A DNA stretch of 64,000 bases from Theionarchaea archaeon (GCA_018992685.1 JACVGT010000019.1:89365-153364), one strand, 5' to 3'. Shown: positions 1 through 10,483, counted from the stretch's first letter. The notes: generated by a model not told the origin, from the sequence alone. A program made the numbers and translations.

Positions 1-66
1 AAAAGCTGCAGGCAAACTCAGACTTAGCATTATCACGAGCGCTATCGTTATAGTTTTACCTTTCAT
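1..66 (-). CDS. 5' end of a secreted/surface protein (runs off window)
   Basis: Reverse strand reads MKGKTITIALVIMLSLSLPAAF (signal-peptide-like); GGAGGTG Shine-Dalgarno just upstream; TTTATAAA TATA-like box near 115-123. Confidence 0.75.
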   Translation of the reverse strand, partial: MKGKTITIALVIMLSLSLPAAF

Positions 67-466
67 GTATCTTTCACCTCCTATGAGATGTGTGTGTACT
101 TTATCCCCTTTGTCTTTATAAACTTTTCGGTTTTAATTACGTGTGTGAATAAATCTCTCCGATTCTGCATACCAAAATCTAAACATATACATGTAGAGAT
201 CATCTGTTGACACAAAAGTCCGAATTTTGTTACATTAGGAAACTTCATCCTAATTCGAATAAAAGGAATTCTTTCATATTCCCTCTTTTTCTAAAGATGT
301 CTGACACTGGTTCAAAGATCAGATTTGGGCTACCGAATAGAACTTCTATTTTGAATAGAATTCCGAAATGTCTCCGTGACTCTGGAGCGAATTCTGGAAA
401 ATCCTCAAATACTCACTGTCGGACAGAGAGCAGTATGAATGTGGAGTGTCTGACTGCACGATAAGT

Positions 467-2446
467 CTACGAACTGAAGTTCTCGAGTATTTTTCCATAG
501 ATGGCCTTCTCTTTCCCCGAGCTCTTCTTGAACAATTTTTCCACAATGAGCTCCGGTGTTGACTTTCCCACCGTTCCAAACACAGGTTGTCTGTCAACCA
601 CCAATTCTAACCGTTCATCCAGCCCTGTGGCTTCAATGCCGTCGATGCGTGCTGTGGTCAATTCCGAGATCTCTTTCCCCAGGTGGGTAACCAGAGTGCA
701 CAACGCATGTTCGTTTTGAGCCAGAAATGTCAGGAAAGATGCGATGATTTTAGCCGCAGAGCCGGGTTCAGTTATCGCCTCCAGCTCATCAATGAGCACC
801 AACTTTTTGGTTATTGACAAGGCCAGGGGAATCAAGCTTCTGATGGTGCTTTCAAAGGCGCCTGCATCCTGGCTCTTGGGCTTCCTCAGATAGATGATCT
901 CTTCACAGATCGGGCAAAAACACTCCTCAGCAGGGACAAAGAACCCCATCTGAGCCAGGATCTGGATATACAGTATAGTCTCCAGCAACGTGGTCTTTCC
1001 TCCAGAATTGGCACCTGTCAGGACCACCGTGCGATCCGAGGTTGCAAATTCATGGGGAGTCTTCCCAATCTTGTAGGAAACAGGCTGCGCATTCTTAATG
1101 GTGATGCTTGTCCCGCCTGTGAAGCTCAATCCAGTCTCCACAAAAGAGGGAGCAGTCATCTTATATTCAGAAAAGAACCTCCCGACAGCTAGCTTGAAGT
1201 CCAGTTCGTGCATGTCCCTCTCTTTTTCTAGGAGGTATTCCCAGTTCTTGCCAACGCGGGCAGCATTTCGTGATGCTTTGAACTCCTTCAAGGCCTGACC
1301 TTTTCTGATGTCATCTTTCAGTTCCTCAATTCCATCCCTGTCAGCTTCAACAGGGTACGTCAGTTCGAGAGAGAATGGTTCTGCACGTATGCCAACCTTC
1401 TCAGTAACCTCCCTGTTGGCTTCACCTACCAGTCGACCATACAGTGAAACAACAGAATCCGGGATGGATTTCCTCAGAGCCAGCACAGGGTCTGTCCGCA
1501 TCTGCTGCATCATGGACAGGATCTCTTTTCCCTTGAGCTCAATCTGCTCCTGCTGCATAGCCTCATCAAATTGCCTGTTTATTCTGTCTTCCAGTTCAGC
1601 CACCAGAGCTTCAATATCGTACTCTTTGAATGAAGTTTTCTCCTTCAATGTTTCCAGAGCGGATCGAACCTCCTTTAATCGAAGATCCTCCTGGTGAAGG
1701 ATCTCACTGATTTCACACATCAAAGAGATTGTTCTCTCATTCTCAGCGAATTTTTCAACCTCAAGTTCGGGAATAACTTCTTCAAGTGCAAAGTCGTCAT
1801 ACAGAAACTGCACATCAGAGCATTCCAGCAAGTGTTCATACAGGGCTGATTCTGCAGTATAAACATAAAACACCAGAGGGTACTGCTCTACGGCAGAAAT
1901 ATCTGCAGGGTCTTCCACAAGCAGTACATCACAATATTCATTTTTCAGGTCTGCGTATACCTCAACCGAATCAACGACAATGACCCGATCCCTGTACTTC
2001 TTCTTTCTGGGTACTGTAAGAGGACTGAGGCGACGCAGGTTCTCCAGTAGCTGAGACACAGCTTCATCGGTGAGAAGCCTGACAAACTCAGCTGCCTCTT
2101 TCGAGTATTGAAGTCTCTTCTTAATGATATCTTCACTGGTAACGGGGTAGTAGACCAGGATCCTGTTTTTTCCGTTCTGCGTACAGGGGTATTCCTGCAG
2201 TCTCTCCAGAAGATCCTCATAGACGTCTGAGGCATCGCCACACAGAATGTCCTGGAATTTCTCCCCTGTCTGTACCTCGTAGGCCTGACGCAGTATGCTG
2301 AGAGCTGTCTTCCTGCCCAGCCCGGGAACCTCCATCAACTTTTCGATCTCCAGATTCTCAACAATCTGTTCAGCAGAAGAGCCGTAGTACTCTCTGATCT
2401 TTCTGGCTATTCCGGGAGTAGTTACCTTGTCCAGCATAATCATCAA
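467..2446 (-). CDS. MutS-family ATPase (archaeal MutS5-like) with N-terminal helix-hairpin-helix
   Basis: HhH-like VPGLGRKTA; Walker A TGANSGGKTT, AQMG, DAGAFE, Walker B LIDELE, VTH; no mismatch-binding domain I. Confidence 0.85.
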   Translation of the reverse strand: MMIMLDKVTTPGIARKIREYYGSSAEQIVENLEIEKLMEVPGLGRKTALSILRQAYEVQTGEKFQDILCGDASDVYEDLLERLQEYPCTQNGKNRILVYYPVTSEDIIKKRLQYSKEAAEFVRLLTDEAVSQLLENLRRLSPLTVPRKKKYRDRVIVVDSVEVYADLKNEYCDVLLVEDPADISAVEQYPLVFYVYTAESALYEHLLECSDVQFLYDDFALEEVIPELEVEKFAENERTISLMCEISEILHQEDLRLKEVRSALETLKEKTSFKEYDIEALVAELEDRINRQFDEAMQQEQIELKGKEILSMMQQMRTDPVLALRKSIPDSVVSLYGRLVGEANREVTEKVGIRAEPFSLELTYPVEADRDGIEELKDDIRKGQALKEFKASRNAARVGKNWEYLLEKERDMHELDFKLAVGRFFSEYKMTAPSFVETGLSFTGGTSITIKNAQPVSYKIGKTPHEFATSDRTVVLTGANSGGKTTLLETILYIQILAQMGFFVPAEECFCPICEEIIYLRKPKSQDAGAFESTIRSLIPLALSITKKLVLIDELEAITEPGSAAKIIASFLTFLAQNEHALCTLVTHLGKEISELTTARIDGIEATGLDERLELVVDRQPVFGTVGKSTPELIVEKLFKKSSGKEKAIYGKILENFSS

Positions 2447-2757
2447 ACCGGTCTCAAGTCGATAATGGTGGAGTCTATCCGGGCTTTCAGCCCATGAACA
2501 ATCAGGAGATTGCCTTCCACCGTGGCAAGTTCTGCAATGTCAACGCCCAGGGGATTCGGTCTTCCTGTGTATTCTGTTGCAAAGACTCCTCGCTGCTCGT
2601 AGAAGGGCTTGTTCTCAGGATTCTGAACCCAGTATATGACCATGACTTTGTGATGGCTATCCAATCCAGCGAGCTGTTCTTCATATTCTTTATCTATGAG
2701 CAATTTGAAGGTATCTCCTTCGATTTCGATGATTTTTCCAATGGATTTCAGCTGCAT
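2443..2757 (-). CDS. TsaA/TrmO (YaeB)-like SAM-binding beta-barrel protein
   Basis: LKSIG, GVFAT..RPNPLG and IIDLRP motifs; 104 aa. Confidence 0.75.
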   Translation of the reverse strand: MQLKSIGKIIEIEGDTFKLLIDKEYEEQLAGLDSHHKVMVIYWVQNPENKPFYEQRGVFATEYTGRPNPLGVDIAELATVEGNLLIVHGLKARIDSTIIDLRPV

Positions 2758-2761
2758 TCTG

Positions 2762-4396
2762 TCACTCTCCTAAGATCTCATGCAGTCGGTCTATGTCATC
2801 TGCTTCTTCCGGACTCTTGTCTTCTCTCATCCTGACCACCCGCGGAAATCGAAGTGCATAGCCCGATTCATAGTTGGGTGATTTTTGGACTTCTTCATAC
2901 GCCACTTCCACCACCAGGTAGGGTATTAACTTAACGGTCTTCCCCTTCTGTTCTATGATGTACGGGGTGAGCTTATCGGTCAATTCCTTGAACAGTTCAT
3001 CAGTGATGCCTGTACCCACCTTGCCAATTTCCATGAAGGTGCCCTGCTCATCCCTGATCCCCAGGAGGAAAGAGGCCAGCCAGTGGGCCCTCCGTCCTTC
3101 TCCCCATTCAGCTCCAATGATGGCCAGATCCAGAGTCTCCATGGTCTCTTTAATTTTCAGCCATTTCTTCCCCCGAGCACCCGGCTGGTACACAGATTCC
3201 ACATCTTTAATCATCAATCCCTCATGCCCCATCTTGATTGACTGGTTGAAGAACTCCTGAGCCTCTTCAACATCCTCTGTAACCAGAACGGTAGATATCT
3301 GAGCTGATGCTCCTTCCCTGACGAGAGCCTCCAGGACTTCGCGTCTCTTTCTGAAAGGAAAATCAAGGAGGGGACCATCTTTGTACAGCACGTCAAAGAC
3401 ATACAGGCTCAACGGGATCTTCTCCATCATCTCCTGTATATCATATTTTCGTCTCAGTCTCCTCAGAACGTACTGGAAAGGACGGGGGTGATCATGTTCC
3501 ATGGCCACAATCTCTCCTTCGACAATGGCATCTTCCACAATACTCTTTCTCACGGCTCCCACCACATCGGGGAGGGCAGAGGTGATGTCCTCCAGCCTCC
3601 GGGAAAAAATTTTTATCTTCTTTCCCTTCTTGTGAATCTGTGCCCTTGATCCATCATACTTTATCTCGCAGGATAAGAGATGCATGCGCTCTTTTGCCTC
3701 CTGGAGGGTGGCTACCTGGGCAAGCATGAACTTGATGGGCCTGAAAAATGTTATGTCCAGCTTATCCAAATCTGCCACATTCTTCCTGGCTGTCTTTGCC
3801 ACCAACCCGAAATCATTGGTCAGCATGTATGCTCTCTCCACCTGAGAGGGATCGCAGCCGAACCCCCGGGCTACAGCATCCCGCACAGTCCCTTCTCCAA
3901 TGCCTGTGCGCATGGTGCCCAGAACAATCCGTACCAGGTACCGAGCTTCCTTTCCTGTAGCTGAGGAAAACAGATTAGACAAATACTTGAGCTTTTTCTC
4001 CTGAGAACGTGCTCCAGAAAACTCACTGAGCTTAGTCAATATTTCATATACATATTCAACAGATAACTCTTCTGAAAATAGAATGACCTGTTTTTTCTCA
4101 TTGATGGCTCTTTCACAGGCTTTCCCCATGTCCCCTTCTTCTCTGACATATTCTTCGATCATAGATTCAGGGACACCTGACACGGTGGAAACTACACGGA
4201 TTACCAGTTTGGTGCCTACCCCGAGTTCTGCATCCATCCAATCAGGAAACACTTTCCCCAGGAGGAAGTAAACCACAACATCTAGGACATCTTCTGGACT
4301 CTCCTTCAAGAACTGGGAGACAATGTCTGTCATTTCCAACCTCTTTGTCGTGTCCTCCAGAGATTCATATACACTGATGAGTGTGGAAAACTTCAT
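2762..4396 (-). CDS. lig: ATP-dependent DNA ligase
   Basis: EIKYDGSRAQIH (motif I), EGEIV, FDVLY, EGLMIK, KWLKIK, LRFPR..R.DK; start placed at MKFSTL. Confidence 0.97.
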   Translation of the reverse strand: MKFSTLISVYESLEDTTKRLEMTDIVSQFLKESPEDVLDVVVYFLLGKVFPDWMDAELGVGTKLVIRVVSTVSGVPESMIEEYVREEGDMGKACERAINEKKQVILFSEELSVEYVYEILTKLSEFSGARSQEKKLKYLSNLFSSATGKEARYLVRIVLGTMRTGIGEGTVRDAVARGFGCDPSQVERAYMLTNDFGLVAKTARKNVADLDKLDITFFRPIKFMLAQVATLQEAKERMHLLSCEIKYDGSRAQIHKKGKKIKIFSRRLEDITSALPDVVGAVRKSIVEDAIVEGEIVAMEHDHPRPFQYVLRRLRRKYDIQEMMEKIPLSLYVFDVLYKDGPLLDFPFRKRREVLEALVREGASAQISTVLVTEDVEEAQEFFNQSIKMGHEGLMIKDVESVYQPGARGKKWLKIKETMETLDLAIIGAEWGEGRRAHWLASFLLGIRDEQGTFMEIGKVGTGITDELFKELTDKLTPYIIEQKGKTVKLIPYLVVEVAYEEVQKSPNYESGYALRFPRVVRMREDKSPEEADDIDRLHEILGE

Positions 4397-4538
4397 GGGA
4401 AACGGTAGAAAACGATTCATATAAAGGTTATGTGCATGGGGATGGGGATTGCAGGTGGAATATTCTATATCTTCTCCTGGTGTCTTCTGTCTCGGGGTGT
4501 TTCTGAACCATGACGATCCGGCCTTGCCACTGGTTCAC

Positions 4539-4964
4539 TCATCCTGAGTAGGATTCAAGTGTTCTCCTATTCCTGAACCTGAAATAGAGAAGAAGGCACA
4601 CGGTAGTATTTCCTACCAGGAGGAGGAAAAGTCTCTGTACGTCCGACGGTGCCACAAAAATAGCAAGATACACGCAAAAAACGATGACACAAAAAATGTC
4701 TACGTAGAATTCCAAAATGGCACCGAACCACAAAGGGTATCCTCCCCCGACTTTTCTCTTCCAAAAGTCATAGGAGAGTCCAAATTTCGTTCCCGTCATC
4801 ATGAAAAATCCATTAATTATGCCGAAAATCGCCAAAGGAATCCCCGCAAGGAAAGGGCGGATTACTCTGCCCGTATAGAACTGAAGGTACAGAAAGATTA
4901 CTAGAAGGCCAAATGAGAGACAGAGCGAGGCAAACCCAAATAACTTCCTGATTTCTGGCTCCAT
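4539..4964 (-). CDS. 4-TM membrane protein of unknown function (paralogue 1)
   Basis: Four hydrophobic segments; shares MMTG.K.GLSYDF and QRLF.LL.GNT..C.LLY.RF with 5290..5715. Confidence 0.75.
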   Translation of the reverse strand: MEPEIRKLFGFASLCLSFGLLVIFLYLQFYTGRVIRPFLAGIPLAIFGIINGFFMMTGTKFGLSYDFWKRKVGGGYPLWFGAILEFYVDIFCVIVFCVYLAIFVAPSDVQRLFLLLVGNTTVCLLLYFRFRNRRTLESYSG

Positions 4965-5289
4965 GAGGTAGGTTGATGAGTGAGAATAAAAGTGTTTCTA
5001 TCCCCTCTTGTCTCCTTTTCTTGAAGAGACACATGGGGTGCTTGTTGGCTCAAGACGAGATATTCATCTCTCTCTGATTTGTGGTGGTAATGTGGCTCAA
5101 AGCCTTCAACTGAGTGAGTGTACTGAAATCCTGAACATTTAGATGGGCACCTGCCATAAAAGCACATTGAAATGTCAGACCTTTAGGTCAGACTATACGA
5201 GTTTACAGGTTTTCAGATTCGCCAAAATTCTTGAATGAATTCCATTCTCAATCTCAAAAGGAGAAATCTTGCAGCCCATCTCGTTCTTT

Positions 5290-5715
5290 TCACCGTGAGT
5301 CAATGTAGGGCCTCTCATTGTCAAACCTCAGATAAAGAAGAACACACACAATAGTATTTCCCGCCAGCAACACGAATAGTCGCTGTACGATTGAATGTGT
5401 AACAAAGACGGCAAGAAAAACACAGAAAATGATAATACTCCCTATGACAACATACGACGTAAGAAGTGGTCCCAGCCATTGAGGCCACTTCAACCGGGAC
5501 CTTGGTTTTCCGAAATCGTACGAGAGGCCCGGTTTCTTTCCAGTCATCATGTGGAGTCCCCTGATCATGACTGTGACACAAAGCAGGAGCAGGGGAGCAA
5601 GAAGTCGAAGACTCCATATCCCTGTATAGGCCTGAAGTAGCAGGACTCCTATGAGGAATGCGAAGGAAAAACACACAGCAGCAAACCCTGTTATCCTGGT
5701 GACCTGGGGTTGCAT
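5290..5715 (-). CDS. 4-TM membrane protein of unknown function (paralogue 2)
   Basis: Same length (141 aa) and same motifs as 4539..4964. Confidence 0.75.
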   Translation of the reverse strand: MQPQVTRITGFAAVCFSFAFLIGVLLLQAYTGIWSLRLLAPLLLLCVTVMIRGLHMMTGKKPGLSYDFGKPRSRLKWPQWLGPLLTSYVVIGSIIIFCVFLAVFVTHSIVQRLFVLLAGNTIVCVLLYLRFDNERPYIDSR

Positions 5716-5963
5716 GAGTCATGTTACCAAGTATTCTTAAAAGAGTTTCTATTCCTATGTTGTGAGTTTCCTCCATGAACAAAGGTATTCGTCAGTCTAT
5801 CAAGAAATTCAGAATCTCTATTGTCTGAAATTCTAGAAAAGGATTTACCTCCCAACACAAGGAGTTTACTTACATGAATATAGAATCAATAGTCACTCCA
5901 GAATATATAGAATGTATAGGCAAGCCTTTTATATAGGGTATCCCTTACCACTCAGGTGACATT

Positions 5964-7196
5964 ATGAAGGGTCCTTTAAGTATTGGAATTGGATTTAGTG
6001 ACACTGGCGATGCTGAAAAAGCAGCAAAAGACGCACAAGAGATGGCAGGAACGAAAATTGGCTTTGCTATTCTGTTCTCCTCCTCTCACTATGATCCCAC
6101 CAAGGTATATGAGGACACATCCTCAGTGTTCAAAGACGCAAACATCATTGGGTGTACGACAGCAGGCGAACTGTGCAACCTGGCAAAGAATACTACCACA
6201 GATTCTGTGGCTGTTCTGGGCATCGGTGGAGCTCGTATGCGAACAGCAGTGGGTGTGGGAACTGGTCTCTCACAACGAGGAGAGCAGGCAGGTGCAGAGG
6301 CTGCTACTTCAGCGTATCAATCTTTGAATTTTGATCCTTATACCATGTTTGTGGGAATGATGCATAAGACGCCTCTTGACCTGGTTAAGATGAAGATGTT
6401 CTTGAATGTCATCATACCAGACGGTCTTTCTGCAGGGGAAGAGAATTTTCTGAGAGGACTGGTAACAGTGACAGGACGAAATTCTCCCATAATTGGCGGT
6501 TCTGCTGGAGACGATCTCGACCTGAAGAAGACATACCAATTCGGCAATGGAGTGTACAGTGATGCAGGAGTCCTGGGAGTTATTACCGGGGGCATCAAGC
6601 TGGGAACTGCTATCGGAAACAGTTATGTCCCTGTCTCGGGGAAAGGAGCCGCAGTGACCAAGTCCAAAGGGAGAACAGTTCAGGAGTTTAACAACAGACC
6701 CGCAGGTGAGGTGATGAAAGAACTGCTGGGCGTTGACGAGCTGACCTTTGACCTCAATGCACAGAAACCCCTGGGATTCAAGAGTGTGGATGTCTCCAAT
6801 GAGTATGTGATACGCAGCATCAGCCAGGAGAACCCTGATGGGAGTCTGAATTTCTTTTCTGAGATTCCTCAGGGTGTGTACTTCAGCGTTATGGAGACTA
6901 ACAAAGAACTCCTGGAAAAGCGATTCAGTGAGACACTGAGAAAGGCTTTATCTGACGCTGGGAATCCCAAGGAAGTGGGCGCTGTGGTAGTATTCAATTG
7001 TATTTACAAGCACCTTGCCAACGTCCGGTGCGGGTGCAATGACTTTTCTGTCATACGAGAAGAACTGGGAAGGGATGTTCCAGTAATTGGGTTCAATACG
7101 TATGGTGAGCAAGGCTCAACCTCAGGAGGCGCAGTGGGACATCACAACCAGACCTCATCGCTCATGATTATTGGGAATGAGCTGGTATCACAGTGA
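5964..7196 (+). CDS. FIST N/C domain protein
   Basis: IIGCTTAGE, IIGGSAGDD, VFNC, GFNTYGEQ and HHNQT motifs; AGGTGA RBS. Confidence 0.9.
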   Translation: MKGPLSIGIGFSDTGDAEKAAKDAQEMAGTKIGFAILFSSSHYDPTKVYEDTSSVFKDANIIGCTTAGELCNLAKNTTTDSVAVLGIGGARMRTAVGVGTGLSQRGEQAGAEAATSAYQSLNFDPYTMFVGMMHKTPLDLVKMKMFLNVIIPDGLSAGEENFLRGLVTVTGRNSPIIGGSAGDDLDLKKTYQFGNGVYSDAGVLGVITGGIKLGTAIGNSYVPVSGKGAAVTKSKGRTVQEFNNRPAGEVMKELLGVDELTFDLNAQKPLGFKSVDVSNEYVIRSISQENPDGSLNFFSEIPQGVYFSVMETNKELLEKRFSETLRKALSDAGNPKEVGAVVVFNCIYKHLANVRCGCNDFSVIREELGRDVPVIGFNTYGEQGSTSGGAVGHHNQTSSLMIIGNELVSQ

Positions 7197-7568
7197 CGAT
7201 TCTCTCAGATCAAGACCAGAGTTATATCCTCCTACCTTTCCTTTTTTGCAGAAAACATCTTTGTCTTCGGTGGTTTGCTGGTAGAATGGTTCTTTGCAGT
7301 TCGATTCTTTCATTACCTCATTGATGCAGACAACTTCTCACGTGGTGCCCTCCCCATAGGTCTGTCGACCTGTGTTCTGCCACTTCTCGTCACCTTGCCA
7401 GCATACGACATGGTCTGAACGTGTTTTCTGCACTTCATGCAAGTATCTCCTGTTGTGGCTCTATCCTTGCGACCTCAGAGAGCGTGGGGGTGCACGTTTT
7501 TCCTGTGACACAAATGAAGACGCCGTGAAGAAAGGTATCTTTAAAAAGAAGGACGCAAAGGAGTAAAG

Positions 7569-7949
7569 ATGAAAGTGAAACTAGCAATACTCTTGGGCAT
7601 ACTTCTCCTATCCAGCTACCCAGTTGCTGGCCTTGCAGTCATACCGCCTCCTCCTCCCCCATCTGTTCCTCAGCCCCCGAATTCAAATAGCATGATGGCT
7701 CCTCTTGCTCAGAACAGGCTTTCAATCGTTCTTTCCTTACAGCAAGAAGCCTACGATCTTCTGGATCAGGCCAGTGAACAGGGACTGGACGTTGAGGATA
7801 TTGCGAATTCCATTTCGGAAGCGGATGCCCTTGTGGAGAAAGCCAGACAGATTGTCCTGTCAAACCCCATTTCTGCCCTCAATATGCTGAGGGAAGCTGC
7901 TAAAATCTACGAAAAGGCAATATCAGACCTCGAGACACTCCTGAGTTAG
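7569..7949 (+). CDS. Secreted proline-rich small helical protein
   Basis: Signal peptide, PPPPPPSVPQPP linker, amphipathic helical C-terminal domain. Confidence 0.75.
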   Translation: MKVKLAILLGILLLSSYPVAGLAVIPPPPPPSVPQPPNSNSMMAPLAQNRLSIVLSLQQEAYDLLDQASEQGLDVEDIANSISEADALVEKARQIVLSNPISALNMLREAAKIYEKAISDLETLLS

Positions 7950-8013
7950 GTTTTATTTCTATTTTCTTATTTTTGTTCATTTCCACAGCCTTTGCTCACT
8001 CATGTCTACGAGG

Positions 8014-8457
8014 TTATGGTTCCTCCTTCGTGGTAAAGAAGCACCCACAGGTCACTGACTTTCCCACGCCTTTTACCTCCCTCAATCTGTCAATCACCAA
8101 TTCGCCGATCTTTTCCAGGGAAGAAGATCGTACCTTGATCATAATGTCCCACTCCCCTGATATGAGATGGACCTCGCACACACCCTCCAATTCAGCAATC
8201 TTCTGTGCTACTTCCCGCTGCTTGACGTCCGCTGTGGGGAGGAATGAGACCAGAATAAAGGCAGTCACCGGGATTCCAATCTTTTTGTAATCAGGGATGA
8301 CAGTGAACTTCTTGATTATTCCGTCCTGGATCATTTTCTTGATTCTGTGATGAACAGTTGTCCTGGGAATTCCCATCTTCTTGGAAATCTCCTTCGTTTT
8401 CAGTCGTGAATTGCTCTTCAACATCTTGATGATTGTCTCATCCTTATCATCCAACAT
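8014..8457 (-). CDS. Lrp/AsnC family transcriptional regulator
   Basis: MLDDKD..II..L..NSR HTH, GIIKKFT, RAM domain with SGEWD; start placed at MLDDKD. Confidence 0.93.
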   Translation of the reverse strand: MLDDKDETIIKMLKSNSRLKTKEISKKMGIPRTTVHHRIKKMIQDGIIKKFTVIPDYKKIGIPVTAFILVSFLPTADVKQREVAQKIAELEGVCEVHLISGEWDIMIKVRSSSLEKIGELVIDRLREVKGVGKSVTCGCFFTTKEEP

Positions 8458-8556
8458 GATTATCATAATGACAATTACTATATATAAATGCTTGCATACA
8501 TCCAACAATATGACCATTTTTTTATCCAAAAGTTTAAGAAGGGTTCCCGGACTACA

Positions 8557-10386
8557 ATGAGAATGCTTGAAGTAGAGCCAGGGTACTACCTGGATGAATC
8601 CCAGGTGATGGTAGCCCCACAGGACCAGGATTTCATGTCACTGTTGAAAGACTACTATGTCATAACGAAAGATGGTCAGTACCTGTTTGCTTCCCAACAG
8701 ACAGGAAGAAGGCCTGACAGAGTCTTCTATATGGTGCCTCCGGGGTACAGGCTGGGAAAGAACCAGAAAGCTTTTGACCCGGAGACAGGACACCAGCTCT
8801 ACGCCATTGTGAAAGAGTATCTCAGAACCGTTCCTACCATCGTTCAGGATGGAATTCAGGGGGATCCGGGATATGAAACGGGGATCAGGGTGGTCATAAG
8901 CATAGAGAATCCACACAGTGCGTATCTTGGTTGGTTTGGAAAGCTGATGATTTTTCCTCCCAAAAAGTCCGTGAAGGTGAGCTGCTTCAACTACATTGTA
9001 CCAGAAAGACTTCCCACACGGTACATCACGAAGATCAGGAGCGTCTGGCCTGATTACAGCCCCGGTGAGCCCATTACGCTGTATGACTTTACTGGCATTG
9101 AAACGGATGTACGACGGGTGATCAGTCTGGGAGTGGACTACTTCGGTGGTGCCTACAAGAAGCCCAACCTGACAATGGTGTGGAACAGGGGGGAGTATGA
9201 CGGTCTCATATCATACCATGCTGGATGTACAAGGGACATGGTCATGAAAGGACTGAGTGGTACGGGGAAGACCACGCTCACGGTGGGACCAACCATTGAA
9301 CAAGATGACGCACTGCTTGGAATTCCCGAATACACCAACGGAAGAATCGCCCGTGTCCGTATCATAGGACTGGAGGCTGCAAGCTTCGCTAAATCAGAAG
9401 AACTCACCCCGGAAAGCCCCGAGTGGGAAGGGTTGATGAAATCCAGGTCCGTGGAATCAGGAACCCGCCACATTGTCCTGGCCCTGAATATTGATTGTGA
9501 GGGTGTGTTCTTTGTCACAAGGACAAGCGGCAATCACAGAGTCAGAGTCCCCCTGAAAATACCGGGACATCCCATTGGCTCACTCCTGTGCACAGACTAT
9601 ACACAGAGCAGGACCACCAATGGACGATTCATCTTCCAGTTCAACGAGCTTAATAAAGAGTGGAGCAGGGAGCCCCTGTACCTGAGATGCGAAGGTCTTG
9701 CTTTCAAGAGAGCCACCATTCTTGATCCCGTATTCCGGGTCCTTGACCCTCTCATGGCTGTCGCCCTAGACAGTGCCTGCGAGACCAAGATAACCTCAGC
9801 CATTGCTGGCCAGACAATTGGAAAAAAAGTCATGTCCTATGCCGCAACTGATTTCATGGCAGGCGAGGAATCCCGTCAGGCTCTGCTGAAGCTGACAGTA
9901 TATCAGGATCTGGGACTGGATTTCTCAGGGGGCCTGTTGTTCTTCATAGTGAATTCCGGATACTATGGAAGTACAGAGAGGAAAAAAGGAGAGAAGATAC
10001 CAGTGAAGGACACGAAGAGACTCATCGATCTAGTCATCCATAAGAGAATTAAGAAGTGGCTGCCACATCCCATTTTCAGGTATCTGATTCCGCACCCAGA
10101 AGAACTTGAATGTGAACACTGCATAAAAAACTACGCACGACGGTTTAATCCCCTGAATTACTACAGCCCTGAGAAGGTCCTGGAGCTGGCAAGAAGGGAC
10201 ATAAAAGAGAGAACAGCCTTTCTGGAGGGGCTATTCGGTAATGAAGAGGGCGGAGACGAACTATATGAGGTTATCCATGTGTGGGACTCACTTGACCTTC
10301 CCACTGTCGATGAGCTGGAGGCTTTCTATGAAGCACACTATGCTGTAACCGAGGAACCCCTGACTCAGGCTCTTTACTGGTTTTGA
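8557..10386 (+). CDS. ATP-type phosphoenolpyruvate carboxykinase-like protein (divergent)
   Basis: TGRRPDR, YFGGAYKK, SYHAGC, P-loop GLSGTGKTT, QDD and TTNGR motifs. Confidence 0.75.
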   Translation: MRMLEVEPGYYLDESQVMVAPQDQDFMSLLKDYYVITKDGQYLFASQQTGRRPDRVFYMVPPGYRLGKNQKAFDPETGHQLYAIVKEYLRTVPTIVQDGIQGDPGYETGIRVVISIENPHSAYLGWFGKLMIFPPKKSVKVSCFNYIVPERLPTRYITKIRSVWPDYSPGEPITLYDFTGIETDVRRVISLGVDYFGGAYKKPNLTMVWNRGEYDGLISYHAGCTRDMVMKGLSGTGKTTLTVGPTIEQDDALLGIPEYTNGRIARVRIIGLEAASFAKSEELTPESPEWEGLMKSRSVESGTRHIVLALNIDCEGVFFVTRTSGNHRVRVPLKIPGHPIGSLLCTDYTQSRTTNGRFIFQFNELNKEWSREPLYLRCEGLAFKRATILDPVFRVLDPLMAVALDSACETKITSAIAGQTIGKKVMSYAATDFMAGEESRQALLKLTVYQDLGLDFSGGLLFFIVNSGYYGSTERKKGEKIPVKDTKRLIDLVIHKRIKKWLPHPIFRYLIPHPEELECEHCIKNYARRFNPLNYYSPEKVLELARRDIKERTAFLEGLFGNEEGGDELYEVIHVWDSLDLPTVDELEAFYEAHYAVTEEPLTQALYWF

Positions 10387-10483
10387 CACAAAGACAATAT
10401 TTCGGTAAGGAATTGTACTTTTTTCAACATAGAGACGACATTTTTAACAAAATGTTTAATAAGGTGGGGAATATGAACACTGT

